Source: Candidatus Levyibacteriota bacterium (GTDB lineage: Bacteria > Patescibacteriota > Microgenomatia > Levybacterales > UBA12049). Taken from it: a stretch of DNA of 64,000 nucleotides. Made by a program: the position numbers and the translations under genes. Position 1 is the first letter of the stretch, and every line of letters begins with the position of its first letter. Of the stretch, positions 9,999-20,570 are shown piece by piece. The stretch covers positions 3,257 to 67,256 of the forward strand of contig JBPOIT010000013.1 of assembly GCA_052034235.1 (NCBI GenBank), written 5' to 3'. The notes beneath the pieces were generated by a model that saw only the letters and a list, made by a program, of their open reading frames with translations, was not told where the DNA came from and made no database searches.

Positions 9999-11576
9999 TT
10001 ACCTGAAGATTAAGTTTTGGTGGTAGCTTGGATCAGAAGGCTCCTCGCCAGGCTTTATTGAAAGTTTTTCGACAATAATACCTCCGCTAAATTCTTTTTT
10101 TAAGGAGACGGCTGCGGTTGTTTTTATTTTATGTTTCTTCCAAAAAGCATGCGCACCAGCGTCGCCTTCAAGTGTCGGATAGAGAATAAGATATGTTGTT
10201 GGCAGTTTTTTGCTTTCAGGTTTTGGAAAATTATATTTTTTTGCTTTCCATGACATGAGATAATCCATGCCGTAGGTATATGTTTCGGCAGTATAGACAT
10301 AGTACCCAAATTCCTTCCCACCACTATCTTTTATTATCCATTCAGCGACATCTTGTTGGTTTTTATATGAACCTGAGGTTGTATTCTGCTTATGTGGTGT
10401 TGCGATAGAAATACCTGCCTCAAAAAGCGTCACACTTACGAATAAAACGATCAATAATTTTATAATAGTATGTTTTCTTAAAGTATGGACGAGATATGTT
10501 ATAGCCATTGCAATTGGCACGGTAAGCCCGAAAACATATTCAGAATAGATAGGATACGCATACAAAAGATAAAGGAAAAACATTAAGATTGGGAATAGTA
10601 TAAGATACATAAATTCACTAAAGTTTTTACTTTTATAAAGCTGCTTTTTATAGACAATGATACCGGTAGCTATTATTAGACTGACAAATAGTAGTTTAAG
10701 CAGCAAGGTGTCCTGTATCAGAACAGATGTATAAACACCTTTAAATGTTTCTATGTGGCTATACAAACGTTCAGGAAAAGCTAGATACCCTTGGCTTTTT
10801 TCCCCTGAGAACAAAGTTAGTAAGGCTCTGGTCATAAGGAAATTATGTCTGAGGTCAAAAAGTATGAATGTTGAAACCGAAAGCATAAACGACAAAATAC
10901 TAAAGATAATAATCTTCGGCTTTTTAAAAGCTTTTTTATTAAGGAAGAAACTGAAAAATATTACTGGAAAAATAAGTAATGGAAGCGCTGTTTCAAAATG
11001 CAGCGATAAACCTGCAAAAAAAGCCACAAAAATAAACGCGTTTTTATCTCCCCTGATATATTTCACCAAAAAATAAAACATGAAGAGAAAAACTAAAGGC
11101 ACGAGATTCGCCCCGATTGTAAAAGGAACAAACAGCCAAATACTTGGGCTTACAGCAAGAAGAAAGGCTAAAAGTAAACCAGCATTTTTGTTGTATAGTC
11201 GGGTTCCTACAACATACCCGAAAAAAACAGTAACAACTGCGACGAGGACATACAAATACGTAAAGATCAAAGGATCTCCTCCTCCAATAATATAAAACGG
11301 TGTCAGAAGATATAACCATAAAGGACCGTGGAAAAATCCTCCCAGTCCGCTATGTGTACCGATAAGCGTTATATTTCGATTATCGACAATATCCTGCGCC
11401 AATAAATAATCTCTGGCTTGATCTGATAAATAGAAGAAATCACCTGTAATAATCATTTTGGTGCTCAAAAGAAACGAAAGCAGCAAAATAGCGGCGAGAA
11501 GAATTATATGAAGCAGTTTTGGCATTTTATTTATAAATGATATGTTAAACATGAGTTTCAGATTTATACCATTCAA
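9999..11576 (-). CDS. polytopic membrane protein, probable GT-C glycosyltransferase (type C; paralog of 33375..34928)
   Basis: 525 aa. YLSDQARDYLLAQD...TLIGTHSGLGGFFHGPLWLYLL aligns with WYDPARDLILATQ...TFIGPTTGIPGIFYGPYWIWLL of the paralog. The real start is probably an internal Met, since this ORF overlaps the upstream gene by 32 nt. Confidence 0.45.
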   Translation of the reverse strand: MNGINLKLMFNISFINKMPKLLHIILLAAILLLSFLLSTKMIITGDFFYLSDQARDYLLAQDIVDNRNITLIGTHSGLGGFFHGPLWLYLLTPFYIIGGGDPLIFTYLYVLVAVVTVFFGYVVGTRLYNKNAGLLLAFLLAVSPSIWLFVPFTIGANLVPLVFLFMFYFLVKYIRGDKNAFIFVAFFAGLSLHFETALPLLIFPVIFFSFFLNKKAFKKPKIIIFSILSFMLSVSTFILFDLRHNFLMTRALLTLFSGEKSQGYLAFPERLYSHIETFKGVYTSVLIQDTLLLKLLFVSLIIATGIIVYKKQLYKSKNFSEFMYLILFPILMFFLYLLYAYPIYSEYVFGLTVPIAMAITYLVHTLRKHTIIKLLIVLFVSVTLFEAGISIATPHKQNTTSGSYKNQQDVAEWIIKDSGGKEFGYYVYTAETYTYGMDYLMSWKAKKYNFPKPESKKLPTTYLILYPTLEGDAGAHAFWKKHKIKTTAAVSLKKEFSGGIIVEKLSIKPGEEPSDPSYHQNLIFR

Positions 11577-12525
11577 TTGTTTGTTTTAGTCCCTCCTCCA
11601 GTGATACCTGTGCTTTAAAACCAATCTTTTCAAACGCCTTTGCATTATCGCTATTTCTACGCATACTGCCGTCTGGTTTAGAAGTGTCAAACTCAATAGT
11701 ACTTTTTACGCCGCTGAGTTTAACAATTTTATTAACGAGTTCTTTAATCGATACTTCTTCATCAGTACCGAGATTAATTGGATCAGGTTCTGGGTATCGT
11801 TCTATCGCAAGAATCATCCCTTCAGCTAAATCCTCAATAAACAGAAATGCCCGAGTTTGTTTTCCACTACCCCATACTTTAACAGGATTCTCTCCATCAA
11901 TGACACGTTTTATTAAAGCTAAAACAACATGGGACTTTTCAGGGTCAAGATGTCCTCGAGGACCATAACAATTATATGGTCTGACAATTCCCACCTTCAT
12001 GCCAAATTCTTCAGCGTAATACATTCCGAGTTTTTCAGCCATTCTTTTCGCCCAGCCATATCCTCCCGTTGCTGGTTCTGGTTCACCGATAAAGCCTTCA
12101 GCCTCAGGAGTGGGAACAGAACAGCTTTGGGGATAAATACATGCAGAAGATACGACGAGGAATCTTTCAACATCGGCACGCTTTGCAGCATCCATCATGA
12201 CAGTCGCTATTTCAAGGTTATCACGAAGCATGGTCGCCTGATGTGTTTTATTATATTCGATTCCACCTACCCGTGCGGCCAAATTCATGACGACATCTTG
12301 ACCCTTACAAGCTATAAAGGCGTCATCTCGATCCGTGCAGCTTCCTTTGATCTTTCGTATATCGTTGATTACAGTTTTCAGATTTTTTTCCTTTCCTTCA
12401 CCAAATGAGCCCAGTACAGTAACAAGTGCACCCCTTCTTACCAGTTTCTCAACAACGTGACTTCCAATAAATCCTGTCCCTCCAGTAACGAGTACTTTTT
12501 TATGTTTCCAAAAATTCTTTTCCAT
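11545..12525 (-). CDS. NAD-dependent epimerase/dehydratase (extended SDR, UDP-glucuronate-decarboxylase/GDP-sugar-reductase-like)
   Basis: VLVTGGTGFIGSHVV Rossmann motif, YGWAK (YxxxK), and RPYNCYGPRG. Confidence 0.7.
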   Translation of the reverse strand: MEKNFWKHKKVLVTGGTGFIGSHVVEKLVRRGALVTVLGSFGEGKEKNLKTVINDIRKIKGSCTDRDDAFIACKGQDVVMNLAARVGGIEYNKTHQATMLRDNLEIATVMMDAAKRADVERFLVVSSACIYPQSCSVPTPEAEGFIGEPEPATGGYGWAKRMAEKLGMYYAEEFGMKVGIVRPYNCYGPRGHLDPEKSHVVLALIKRVIDGENPVKVWGSGKQTRAFLFIEDLAEGMILAIERYPEPDPINLGTDEEVSIKELVNKIVKLSGVKSTIEFDTSKPDGSMRRNSDNAKAFEKIGFKAQVSLEEGLKQTIEWYKSETHV

Positions 12526-12559
12526 AAGTTATCTTTAAGTATACTACAACAAACTAAAT

Positions 12560-13606
12560 TTAAGTCTTTTTATATTCTCGCAAACGAATCGCCTGCAATA
12601 ATGCAATAAAATAAAATATAAATGCCCAAGAAGCTGCTCTTTCAGAGATATTTGGCATATTAACTGTTAAATAAAATGGAGATAGTAAAAGAAGTAACGA
12701 GGCAAAAATAAATGTTGGTTTCGTATTAATTCTTCCGACTTTTGCAACAGAATACCACATACCTCCTAAGAAAATGTAAAGTAAATCATTAATAATTTGT
12801 AAAAAGAAAACATCAACTAATACAACACTGATGATGAAGATGACTCCGTAGTTGTTAATAAAGTGAAGCACTATGCGCTTTGCTTTTGTATCTCCAAATA
12901 ATCGTTGTGCAATTGGATTTGCAACACGTGAAAGGACAGGCACAATCGTTATGATATATATGATAAACGGCATGAGGTACACAAAAGAAGAAAAAACAAC
13001 ATCAATCGTAGAGAGAGAATTAAGCGTTTTTCTTTCTATAAAATGCAGAAATAACGACTTGTCAGCTAATAATTCTTCCTTTGAAAATTGATATTTGCTG
13101 GCGAAAACTGGGCTCCTATCATTTAACTGCATAGCATTGTGGGAATTTCCCTTAAGCGATTCCAATTCAAAATAATATGACTTTCCTTTTGAATCTTTAA
13201 TAACTGGAAACCCAATAGGTAAAAAAGGTAATTCATAAATAAATCCTGATCGATACACATTTTCATAGTACCAATTGTTTGCACCTTTCTCTTTAAGTCT
13301 GAATACAAGTGCATCTTCGTCTTTGTAAGCAACCCTTTTTAGAGATTTAAACCTGATTGAAACAATGCCCATGTTGTTATCTTCCGCTTGAAAGACACCA
13401 GTTATTTTATTGCCCTTCAAGATCGGTTTATCGGAGTAATCTCTGAAGATAGATTTGTCGTGATTATTTGAAAAAACGAGAAAACTGCTATCAAAATTTA
13501 TTATGTACCATGACGTAGCCGCTACCCATAATGCTAATAAGGCAATCGGAACGATAAACCATCTGAAAAGTTTCATTCTAAAATTTAGTTTATTTGGTTT
13601 TGGCAT
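12560..13606 (-). CDS. membrane protein of unknown function (N-terminal TM, about 170-aa extracytoplasmic domain, C-terminal multi-TM block)
   Basis: 348-aa ORF in an operon-like position. I recognised no family motif. Confidence 0.45.
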   Translation of the reverse strand: MPKPNKLNFRMKLFRWFIVPIALLALWVAATSWYIINFDSSFLVFSNNHDKSIFRDYSDKPILKGNKITGVFQAEDNNMGIVSIRFKSLKRVAYKDEDALVFRLKEKGANNWYYENVYRSGFIYELPFLPIGFPVIKDSKGKSYYFELESLKGNSHNAMQLNDRSPVFASKYQFSKEELLADKSLFLHFIERKTLNSLSTIDVVFSSFVYLMPFIIYIITIVPVLSRVANPIAQRLFGDTKAKRIVLHFINNYGVIFIISVVLVDVFFLQIINDLLYIFLGGMWYSVAKVGRINTKPTFIFASLLLLLSPFYLTVNMPNISERAASWAFIFYFIALLQAIRLREYKKT

Positions 13607-15734
13607 ATTTCTTTCTCCTTATAGTTGTAACAGACAGTAAAATTATCACACTAACAAAACTTACAGCACTAATCATTGTTCCAATATATGTGTATGTCTG
13701 CGGAACAAAATAGAGGGTCATGTTAAGCGTAATCGATCCGTCTTTATTTGTAATTACTTTCCCTCCGTCCAAAGTTTTTGGATCTATAAAATATGAATTG
13801 AGTTTTGCATTATTTTTTGTGTGAATATTAGCAGGCATGAAGTACTTTTTATCACCTAATACATCTAGCCAATTAAAATCTCCAACTCGCAATCTCCAAT
13901 CAGGATGGTAACTGTCAGCAAAATGGAGATAGAATGGTTTTGTTATATTTTCTATTTTTATATGATATTGTGCATTTGTTATTTTTTCAGAAGTAACACC
14001 TTTGTATTCTATGTCTTTCGTGATTGATTCAGGAATTTCAGTCGTATAGAGGTGTGGTTTAACAGAAGTGTTTTCGTAAACAATAATAGAACCATTATAG
14101 TCATCGACTTTTTTCAAATGAGAAACTTTATCCAGTGTTTTTATATATTCACTTCTGTCTTTACCAAATAATTCAAAAAAATTATCATCATTTGCTTTAT
14201 CAATTTTTGGAATAATAATATATTTAATAGAGGTTACATTTAATAACTGTGCACTTTCAGGCAAAGCATAAAATGCTATAAACTTTTCTCCAAGACTTGG
14301 ATAATCACCTGATTTATCGACATCTTTCCAAATACCTGACGCCATATTTGCTGCACCAACTCTTGGATGTAAATCCGTATTACTTCCCCATCGTGAATCA
14401 GATGGCAACCAAAGTGTTCTGAAAAACGTGTTTTGACTATCTATGTATGAGTTAAATGATTCATACTCCGTAGGCATCGTACGAGTAACAAAAAGTGTGT
14501 CAAAACTGCCAGTTACGAGTGGTTTAAGATTCCAAATGTTTAGCAACACAACGAAGATCACCACTCCATATTTTAATTTTTGATAAATGCCATTATTCCA
14601 GTGCGCCCACACCCACGAAATCAATGCCCCCATTAGTACAGAATAACCAAGAGCTATAATGAAGTAAAATTTACTCGCTTCTCGAAAAGCTCCAAATCCA
14701 GGGAAGTATAAATAAAGCCACATGTATACATCTGGAAAAGGTACATTATTTTGTTTCGCAAGAAAAATACCCACAAGTGTGAGCAAACCAAAAAAGAGTA
14801 TTTTTTTATTTTTTCGGTTAAGATAAAGACCTGTGAATGCGAGTAATGGTGTCAGAAAAAAATAAAACGGTATTGGTTGTGTTATGAAAGGAAAATACTT
14901 TCCACCAGTCCAAAATGGGTGAAACGCAGTGAAAGCAGTATTAATGTCAAAAAATTCTTTTCCAAATAAAGCTCTGTTAAATACTGCGCCTTCTATGGAA
15001 ACTGTTGCAAACAAATACGGTAATATCCAATAAATATTAAATACCCCTACGATGATTAGAGGTATCACTGCATACAAAAAAGTTTTTTTTATAGTCATGA
15101 AGGCTTTTTCAGTTGAAAGAGAAAAAATAAAGTAAAGATAATAACTGAGCGCAATAAGTGTTACTAAATAAAAGGCCCTAAATTCATAAAAGCTGATTAC
15201 GAAGGTAACGAGTCCGCACAAAAGTGCATGTTGCAAGCTTTTTTTCTCCAATGACTGCATAAAAAGAACTATGACAAGCGGGGCAAGTGCAAATCCTACC
15301 ATGAGTGTTAAATGTCCTGTTTGAATAATAAAAAAGTAAGTATTATAAGCATAGACAAGAGCACCCACAAGTGCAGCCAGACGGTTTTGAACTAAATATT
15401 TAATGAAAAAATAAGAGATTGGAATTGTCAAAATCGCAATTGGCCAAAAAAAAGTGATCCTTTCTATATAGCCATAACTAAGTCCAAGATTTGAAAGTAT
15501 TCCCTCAAGTAAAAGGAAAATATAAAATGGTGGAGTGAGATCAATAGAACCAATAGCATAACTTTTCCAAATAATAGGCACACTTAAAAGGCTTTTAGAA
15601 TAATTTGGAAGACTTAACATCCAATCACCATGTGAAAGTATTCCTGAAGAGAATAGCCACACTCTATACGCGAAAAGATGAATAATCGTAATACCTGCTA
15701 CGAGACTATAAAAAAAGAGATTGTGTTTTTTCAT
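13590..15734 (-). CDS. large polytopic membrane protein, probable GT-C-like glycosyltransferase with C-terminal extracytoplasmic domain and terminal TM anchor
   Basis: 714 aa. Roughly 450 aa are hydrophobic, followed by a soluble region with DSYHPDWRLRVGD and a final TM (MISAVSFVSVIILLSV). Confidence 0.4.
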   Translation of the reverse strand: MKKHNLFFYSLVAGITIIHLFAYRVWLFSSGILSHGDWMLSLPNYSKSLLSVPIIWKSYAIGSIDLTPPFYIFLLLEGILSNLGLSYGYIERITFFWPIAILTIPISYFFIKYLVQNRLAALVGALVYAYNTYFFIIQTGHLTLMVGFALAPLVIVLFMQSLEKKSLQHALLCGLVTFVISFYEFRAFYLVTLIALSYYLYFIFSLSTEKAFMTIKKTFLYAVIPLIIVGVFNIYWILPYLFATVSIEGAVFNRALFGKEFFDINTAFTAFHPFWTGGKYFPFITQPIPFYFFLTPLLAFTGLYLNRKNKKILFFGLLTLVGIFLAKQNNVPFPDVYMWLYLYFPGFGAFREASKFYFIIALGYSVLMGALISWVWAHWNNGIYQKLKYGVVIFVVLLNIWNLKPLVTGSFDTLFVTRTMPTEYESFNSYIDSQNTFFRTLWLPSDSRWGSNTDLHPRVGAANMASGIWKDVDKSGDYPSLGEKFIAFYALPESAQLLNVTSIKYIIIPKIDKANDDNFFELFGKDRSEYIKTLDKVSHLKKVDDYNGSIIVYENTSVKPHLYTTEIPESITKDIEYKGVTSEKITNAQYHIKIENITKPFYLHFADSYHPDWRLRVGDFNWLDVLGDKKYFMPANIHTKNNAKLNSYFIDPKTLDGGKVITNKDGSITLNMTLYFVPQTYTYIGTMISAVSFVSVIILLSVTTIRRKKYAKTK

Positions 15735-16999
15735 GAGATATAATCAAGATATGAATCCAAAATATTATTCCAATCATATAATTGCCTCGTCTTGAGAGCA
15801 TTTGCCGAAAGTTTGGTCAGTAAAGACGGATTATCGGACAATTTAACCAGCACACTTGCTATAGCCTGAGGATCTTGAGGAGGTACAACATAGCCATTGA
15901 TTCCCGGTTTTACTCGTTCTGCGTTTGAACACACATCAGTAACAATTACAGGCTTACCGCTTGCCATAGCCTCTTTTGTAACGGTAAACGTTTCAGATAA
16001 TGCAGGAAGACACACAATATCTGTTTTATAATAGGTATGAACGATTTCTTCATTTGATTTTACGCCTCCGAGAAATGTTATATTTTTTTCTACACCAAGT
16101 TCTTTGGCTAGACAGGCCAATTCGTCTTTGAGTGGCCCGACCCCAAGGATATCACAGTGCAGTTTAATATCTTTTTTTATTTTTTTGGCTTCGAAAAGTG
16201 CTCTTATTAAATACTCACATCCTTTTCTTTTTGTTAATCGTCCAACAAAGAGCACACGGAGTGTATTATCCTTTCGTTTTGTTTCTTCTTTTATTTGCGG
16301 TTTAAAAACTGAAGTATCAATCCCAGTATCCAAAACCAAACCTCGTTGCTTTTTTGTTAAATACTTTTTGTGGTAATTATATGCGTGGTTATCGCTAAAA
16401 AAAACAATATCAGCATTTCTCAGAGTTCGTAGGCTGAGTTGATATAGCATTTGTCCAAATAAACCAAGCAGCACCGATTTGCTCGTTTTATTCAAAAATT
16501 CTTTCAATCGGATTAACAAATTCTTATCTGCAACGAAAACATATTCCTCATCCGCGGTTATTTGGGTATTAATGTGCGGTCCAATTATCGGCCCGATAAT
16601 ATACTTTTTTTTCTTATTCCGAAAAAGGAAAAATAAGTTAAAACTTCTCCCAAAAGCAAATGGGATAATGTGATGTACAACCTGTGCTTTTCGATAATAT
16701 GAAGAGTTTACAAATTTAAAATAGGAAATAATATAAAAATATAAACTATCATAGTCAGTAAGTGCGGCGTTTTTTTCTTTTTTTAATAACGGAACAATTT
16801 TTGTTTTTTGAATTGGTTCAACATCTAAACTCATTATGACTGCTCCAAAGAGTGTGGATACAGTTGTCTTCTTTGCTAGATGTTTGAGGAATTGATATGA
16901 TATCTGGCCGTGACTTCCTGTTTCGTTATATTGGTTTAAATAATCTGATGCTGGACAAAAAAAGAAGTGTAAATAGGAAGGCTTATTTGATTTAGGCAT
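15731..16999 (-). CDS. GT4 family glycosyltransferase
   Basis: VLFVGRLTKRKG...TFTVTKEAMASGKPVIVTD (EX7E-like). Confidence 0.75.
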   Translation of the reverse strand: MPKSNKPSYLHFFFCPASDYLNQYNETGSHGQISYQFLKHLAKKTTVSTLFGAVIMSLDVEPIQKTKIVPLLKKEKNAALTDYDSLYFYIISYFKFVNSSYYRKAQVVHHIIPFAFGRSFNLFFLFRNKKKKYIIGPIIGPHINTQITADEEYVFVADKNLLIRLKEFLNKTSKSVLLGLFGQMLYQLSLRTLRNADIVFFSDNHAYNYHKKYLTKKQRGLVLDTGIDTSVFKPQIKEETKRKDNTLRVLFVGRLTKRKGCEYLIRALFEAKKIKKDIKLHCDILGVGPLKDELACLAKELGVEKNITFLGGVKSNEEIVHTYYKTDIVCLPALSETFTVTKEAMASGKPVIVTDVCSNAERVKPGINGYVVPPQDPQAIASVLVKLSDNPSLLTKLSANALKTRQLYDWNNILDSYLDYIS

Positions 17000-17037
17000 A
17001 TATTCTTAGCTTTTTGAGTTAAATGAAAACAAGTCTC

Positions 17038-17066
17038 ATTCTATAAGTAATTGCAAAAGTATGCAA
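17038..17066 (-). promoter_or_regulatory. putative internal sigma70-type promoter in the 74-nt gap upstream of 15731..16999
   Basis: On the minus strand: -35 TTGCAT (17066..17061), 17-nt spacer, -10 TAGAAT (17043..17038), about 38 nt before the ATG. Confidence 0.3.
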
Positions 17067-17073
17067 GAGTAAA

Positions 17074-19263
17074 TCATAATTTTTCTATTATTGGGACTTC
17101 CGATAATATAATATATCCATCTCCAGAGATGTCAATAAAAATAGATTCATTTTCTTCTACGTTTACTTTTACTTTTTCCCAATAAATACCTGTTTTTTGT
17201 GTATAAGGTGAAATTTCTTTGACTTTTTTGTCCTCTACCCGAACGATAATTTTTGCATCCTTCATTAGTTTACCTTCACTTATATATTTCAATAGCGGGA
17301 TATAAACATTATATGATCCTTTTTCGTGATTATTAGATTGAAATACACTTTTTTGATTTCCGAAAATTTGCATAACCTCTTTGTCGAAAAGTATTTTTTC
17401 ATTAAGAAGTGCCGTATGGAGAATAGGATCAAGAATACTTTTTGTGTATATGCTATTTTTACGTGTAATCATTTTTGTTCCGATTTTTTGAGGGTTCACT
17501 TCTAAATCAAATTCTGTTTGAGTTTTGTTGAGTAGCTTAACATCTGGATCGTATGAAGTACAATAATCGAGGGTTACTGTACCATAGCCTTTTTTACATT
17601 CATTGCTGCGATCTTTTAAGCGCAAAATCGTAATATTCCCAAACTTCTTTTCTAATTCAGCATTTTTTTCTAAAACATTTAAATCAAATGTTGGATAGTT
17701 TTCTTTCCATTTATAATTGTTATCGACAATAAGATATCTAATCCCTCGAAGCTCAAGTGCCTTAATGATATCTTGAGGCTTCATAGCCAAATCTGTGAAA
17801 TAGTATAATTCTAAATATTTAGGAGATAATAAGTAAGGAAATCTTTCAAATTGAATAAGATTCCTGATAGGAAGTAAGCTTGTATAAGGATTTTTGTACA
17901 AAAGAATAGTCGAATTATAGTTGGGATTCCCCCATGAATAGTCTGTTGCAAAATTATGAAAAAGTGGTGTTCTTGTAGGAAAGTAAATTTTGCTTTCTTC
18001 CCTCTTATTCAAATATTCTTGTGCCAGGAAATAGTCATTGGGAAGTGATACTTTTAGAAAATAATTTTTGTGAAGTAACATGTGTTGAAGAGGTAAGTAA
18101 ACAAATATTATTGAGAAGATTGTAAATAATAAAATATTAAATGATTTTCTGTTTAGAAGCCGCTGTAGCGCAAGAAAAATAAAAGTAAAAAATATTACAA
18201 ATTCAAAAAACATAAATCTGTACGTTGCGCGCATAGAATCAAGAAGTGGAGCATATTCGAACATCCATCCATAAATATTTACAAGGCTATTTTTACCTGA
18301 GATCATTAATGCAATCATTATATAAACAAACAATAATGATAACTTATATTTTCTCTTGAGAGGTGCATATATAAAACTAGAAATAAACAGGATTGCAAAA
18401 GAAAAAATAATTATGGGATTAGTCTGCGCCGTAGAAAGTCCGCTTAAAAAGCTATCTATAAAATCAAATGAAATATATCCTTCATAGTGTCGAGAATTTC
18501 CTAATTGAAGAAGGGAATTTATCATTGGATAATTTATTGAAAGTGCAATGAGTGATAAAAGTGTAAATAATATAAATACCTTAAATTTGTTACGAAATAT
18601 ACTTTTAAAATGAAGTGTGCAAATTATTAAAATCGTGTAAATAACAATCGGCAAAAACGCAATATTAATATTGAAAAAGGTTGAAAATATGAGGCCTATT
18701 ATTAATGAAAATCCCAGTGTCTTTCTAAAACTAAATTTATATGCATTACTAAAAAACCAATGCAAAGCAGATATAAAAAGCAGCATGGCACTATAAAGTA
18801 ACCCATCATGCGTTTCTATGAGGAGAGAAAATTTGTATGGATAAAAAATAAATACAAATGCTGCTACAAAAAATGGTGCCCAACGAAAATTAGAGAAGAA
18901 AACACGAGAAAAGATATACAAACTAAGAAGTTGAGTCACAACCATTGATGCTACGAGGAAAAGAAATGGATGGAGAAAGAGTATCTGCGCAAGCGAATGA
19001 TAGCCAATCTTAAATAAAGAATACCATCTTGAATAATGATAAAAATCAGGACAATCAAAACAATTGGTATTGTCCTGAGCAAGAATACTGCGAGGGTCAT
19101 TTAGTATGTTCTGCACATGTCCAAAAGCATCAAATGTGAAGATATATTCACCACCGAGGATGATAGTATTTCTTGAAATAAAGAAATTTAGGAAATATGT
19201 AGCAATAATAATCGCGAGCAATGCTAAAACTATTGGTTTATGCTTGCCAGTTTTTTTTAACAT
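17074..19263 (-). CDS. large polytopic membrane protein (about 430-aa hydrophobic N-terminal part, roughly 300-aa soluble C-terminal domain), possible GT-C-like
   Basis: 729-aa ORF. Architecture resembles 13590..15734. No family motif recognised. Confidence 0.4.
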   Translation of the reverse strand: MLKKTGKHKPIVLALLAIIIATYFLNFFISRNTIILGGEYIFTFDAFGHVQNILNDPRSILAQDNTNCFDCPDFYHYSRWYSLFKIGYHSLAQILFLHPFLFLVASMVVTQLLSLYIFSRVFFSNFRWAPFFVAAFVFIFYPYKFSLLIETHDGLLYSAMLLFISALHWFFSNAYKFSFRKTLGFSLIIGLIFSTFFNINIAFLPIVIYTILIICTLHFKSIFRNKFKVFILFTLLSLIALSINYPMINSLLQLGNSRHYEGYISFDFIDSFLSGLSTAQTNPIIIFSFAILFISSFIYAPLKRKYKLSLLFVYIMIALMISGKNSLVNIYGWMFEYAPLLDSMRATYRFMFFEFVIFFTFIFLALQRLLNRKSFNILLFTIFSIIFVYLPLQHMLLHKNYFLKVSLPNDYFLAQEYLNKREESKIYFPTRTPLFHNFATDYSWGNPNYNSTILLYKNPYTSLLPIRNLIQFERFPYLLSPKYLELYYFTDLAMKPQDIIKALELRGIRYLIVDNNYKWKENYPTFDLNVLEKNAELEKKFGNITILRLKDRSNECKKGYGTVTLDYCTSYDPDVKLLNKTQTEFDLEVNPQKIGTKMITRKNSIYTKSILDPILHTALLNEKILFDKEVMQIFGNQKSVFQSNNHEKGSYNVYIPLLKYISEGKLMKDAKIIVRVEDKKVKEISPYTQKTGIYWEKVKVNVEENESIFIDISGDGYIILSEVPIIEKL

Positions 19264-19266
19264 ACC

Positions 19267-20514
19267 TTATGATTTAATAAGTTCATTGATAACATCCCAC
19301 TCTTGTTTTGCAATTCTATCCCAGCTAAACATCGCTGCATTCTTCAAAGCATTATTTTGTATTGTTGCTTTTGTTTTTTCGTCCAAATTTGAATACGCTA
19401 GGATTAATTCTGCAGCTTTGGACTTGTTTAAATTTGCAACTGGATAGAGACATTCTGTTGAAAAGTTAAATTCTTTTAGTGCTGAATCATAAACAGACAT
19501 GTCATAAAATACTGTCGGTAATCCATGCGCCCAACCTTCAAGAATTGTAATAACAGGAAAAAGAGGCTCGCGATGCGCTAAATGAATAAACAATTCGCTA
19601 TCACTTAAGAGTTTACTTTTCAACTCATCGGAAACTGAATCTATAAATGTGATAGATTTTTCAAGGTTTTTTTCAATAATATCTTTCTTAATTGCATTCT
19701 TTGCAGCTTCGTCCGCGAATCCACCTAACAGCAATTTAGCATCTTTATTTTGTTTGACTACTTTTTCCCATACTGCGATTAGTTCAAAAATCCCCTTTTC
19801 TACGGTCATTCTTCCAATATAGATACCTAAGTAGTGCTTAGGTTTATCAAAATGCTGTTTACCAGGCAAAGATACTCCTGATGGCGTAAAGTTTATTGAC
19901 TCTTTTTGATAATCTTTTTTTATTCTCTCCATAAACTCTCTGCTAACAGTAAATATATAATCAGCATGTCTTATTGTATATTTCATAAGCATATGACTAA
20001 ACCAAATAGTTATAGTTATCACGACCGCTCGCACTAAACCGATACCGCTTTTTTGTAAACGTTTAAAATAAGATTGGTAATTTTTATCGAGGATTCCATA
20101 ATTCAAAATGTCCAGAATTACTTTGACTCCTGGATATCTTAATTTTATTAAATACGAAACGGTATATAATTGGAGGAATTCTCCCGTAGGAAAGTATAGA
20201 ACTCTGATATTGTTTTTTTTAATAAGTTCAGCAGATTTTGTATAAAGAATGACTGTTGAAGAGATAGTCTCGAGCAAAAACCATAGGATAAATGCTTTCT
20301 TTTGTAGATTGCTTATCCATCGAGGACTTTTATATTCAATTATTCTTTCTTTTTTAACAATGTCAGAATAAATAGATTTGTAATTATCGAGTATGACAAA
20401 ATCTGTTTTGTTGGGAACTCTCTTGAGAAATTCTCTTAATCTAACATACCCACCCGCATAAGAAGAAAGATAGGTTTGGTGCCATGTAACGATTGCCAAT
20501 TCAATGTGCTGCAT
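19267..20514 (-). CDS. GT4-like glycosyltransferase
   Basis: 415 aa. The C-terminal half carries LLLGGF...FIHLAHREPLFPVITILEGWAHGLPTV (retaining GT-B fold motif). TATAAT lies 7 nt upstream of the ATG. Confidence 0.6.
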   Translation of the reverse strand: MQHIELAIVTWHQTYLSSYAGGYVRLREFLKRVPNKTDFVILDNYKSIYSDIVKKERIIEYKSPRWISNLQKKAFILWFLLETISSTVILYTKSAELIKKNNIRVLYFPTGEFLQLYTVSYLIKLRYPGVKVILDILNYGILDKNYQSYFKRLQKSGIGLVRAVVITITIWFSHMLMKYTIRHADYIFTVSREFMERIKKDYQKESINFTPSGVSLPGKQHFDKPKHYLGIYIGRMTVEKGIFELIAVWEKVVKQNKDAKLLLGGFADEAAKNAIKKDIIEKNLEKSITFIDSVSDELKSKLLSDSELFIHLAHREPLFPVITILEGWAHGLPTVFYDMSVYDSALKEFNFSTECLYPVANLNKSKAAELILAYSNLDEKTKATIQNNALKNAAMFSWDRIAKQEWDVINELIKS

Positions 20515-20570
20515 AGAATTAATTATATGCAGTAATGAACCGCGTTTGTATACATTGAATATTCATATTA

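Noticed and set aside
11929-12408. 159-aa plus-strand ORF antisense to the SDR epimerase gene; similar antisense ORFs at 48872..49360, 49467..49934, 54314..54628, 40313..40699, 5430..5777 and elsewhere
   Set aside because: These are shadow ORFs inside well-supported genes on the opposite strand. Their translations have no motifs and show low-complexity composition.
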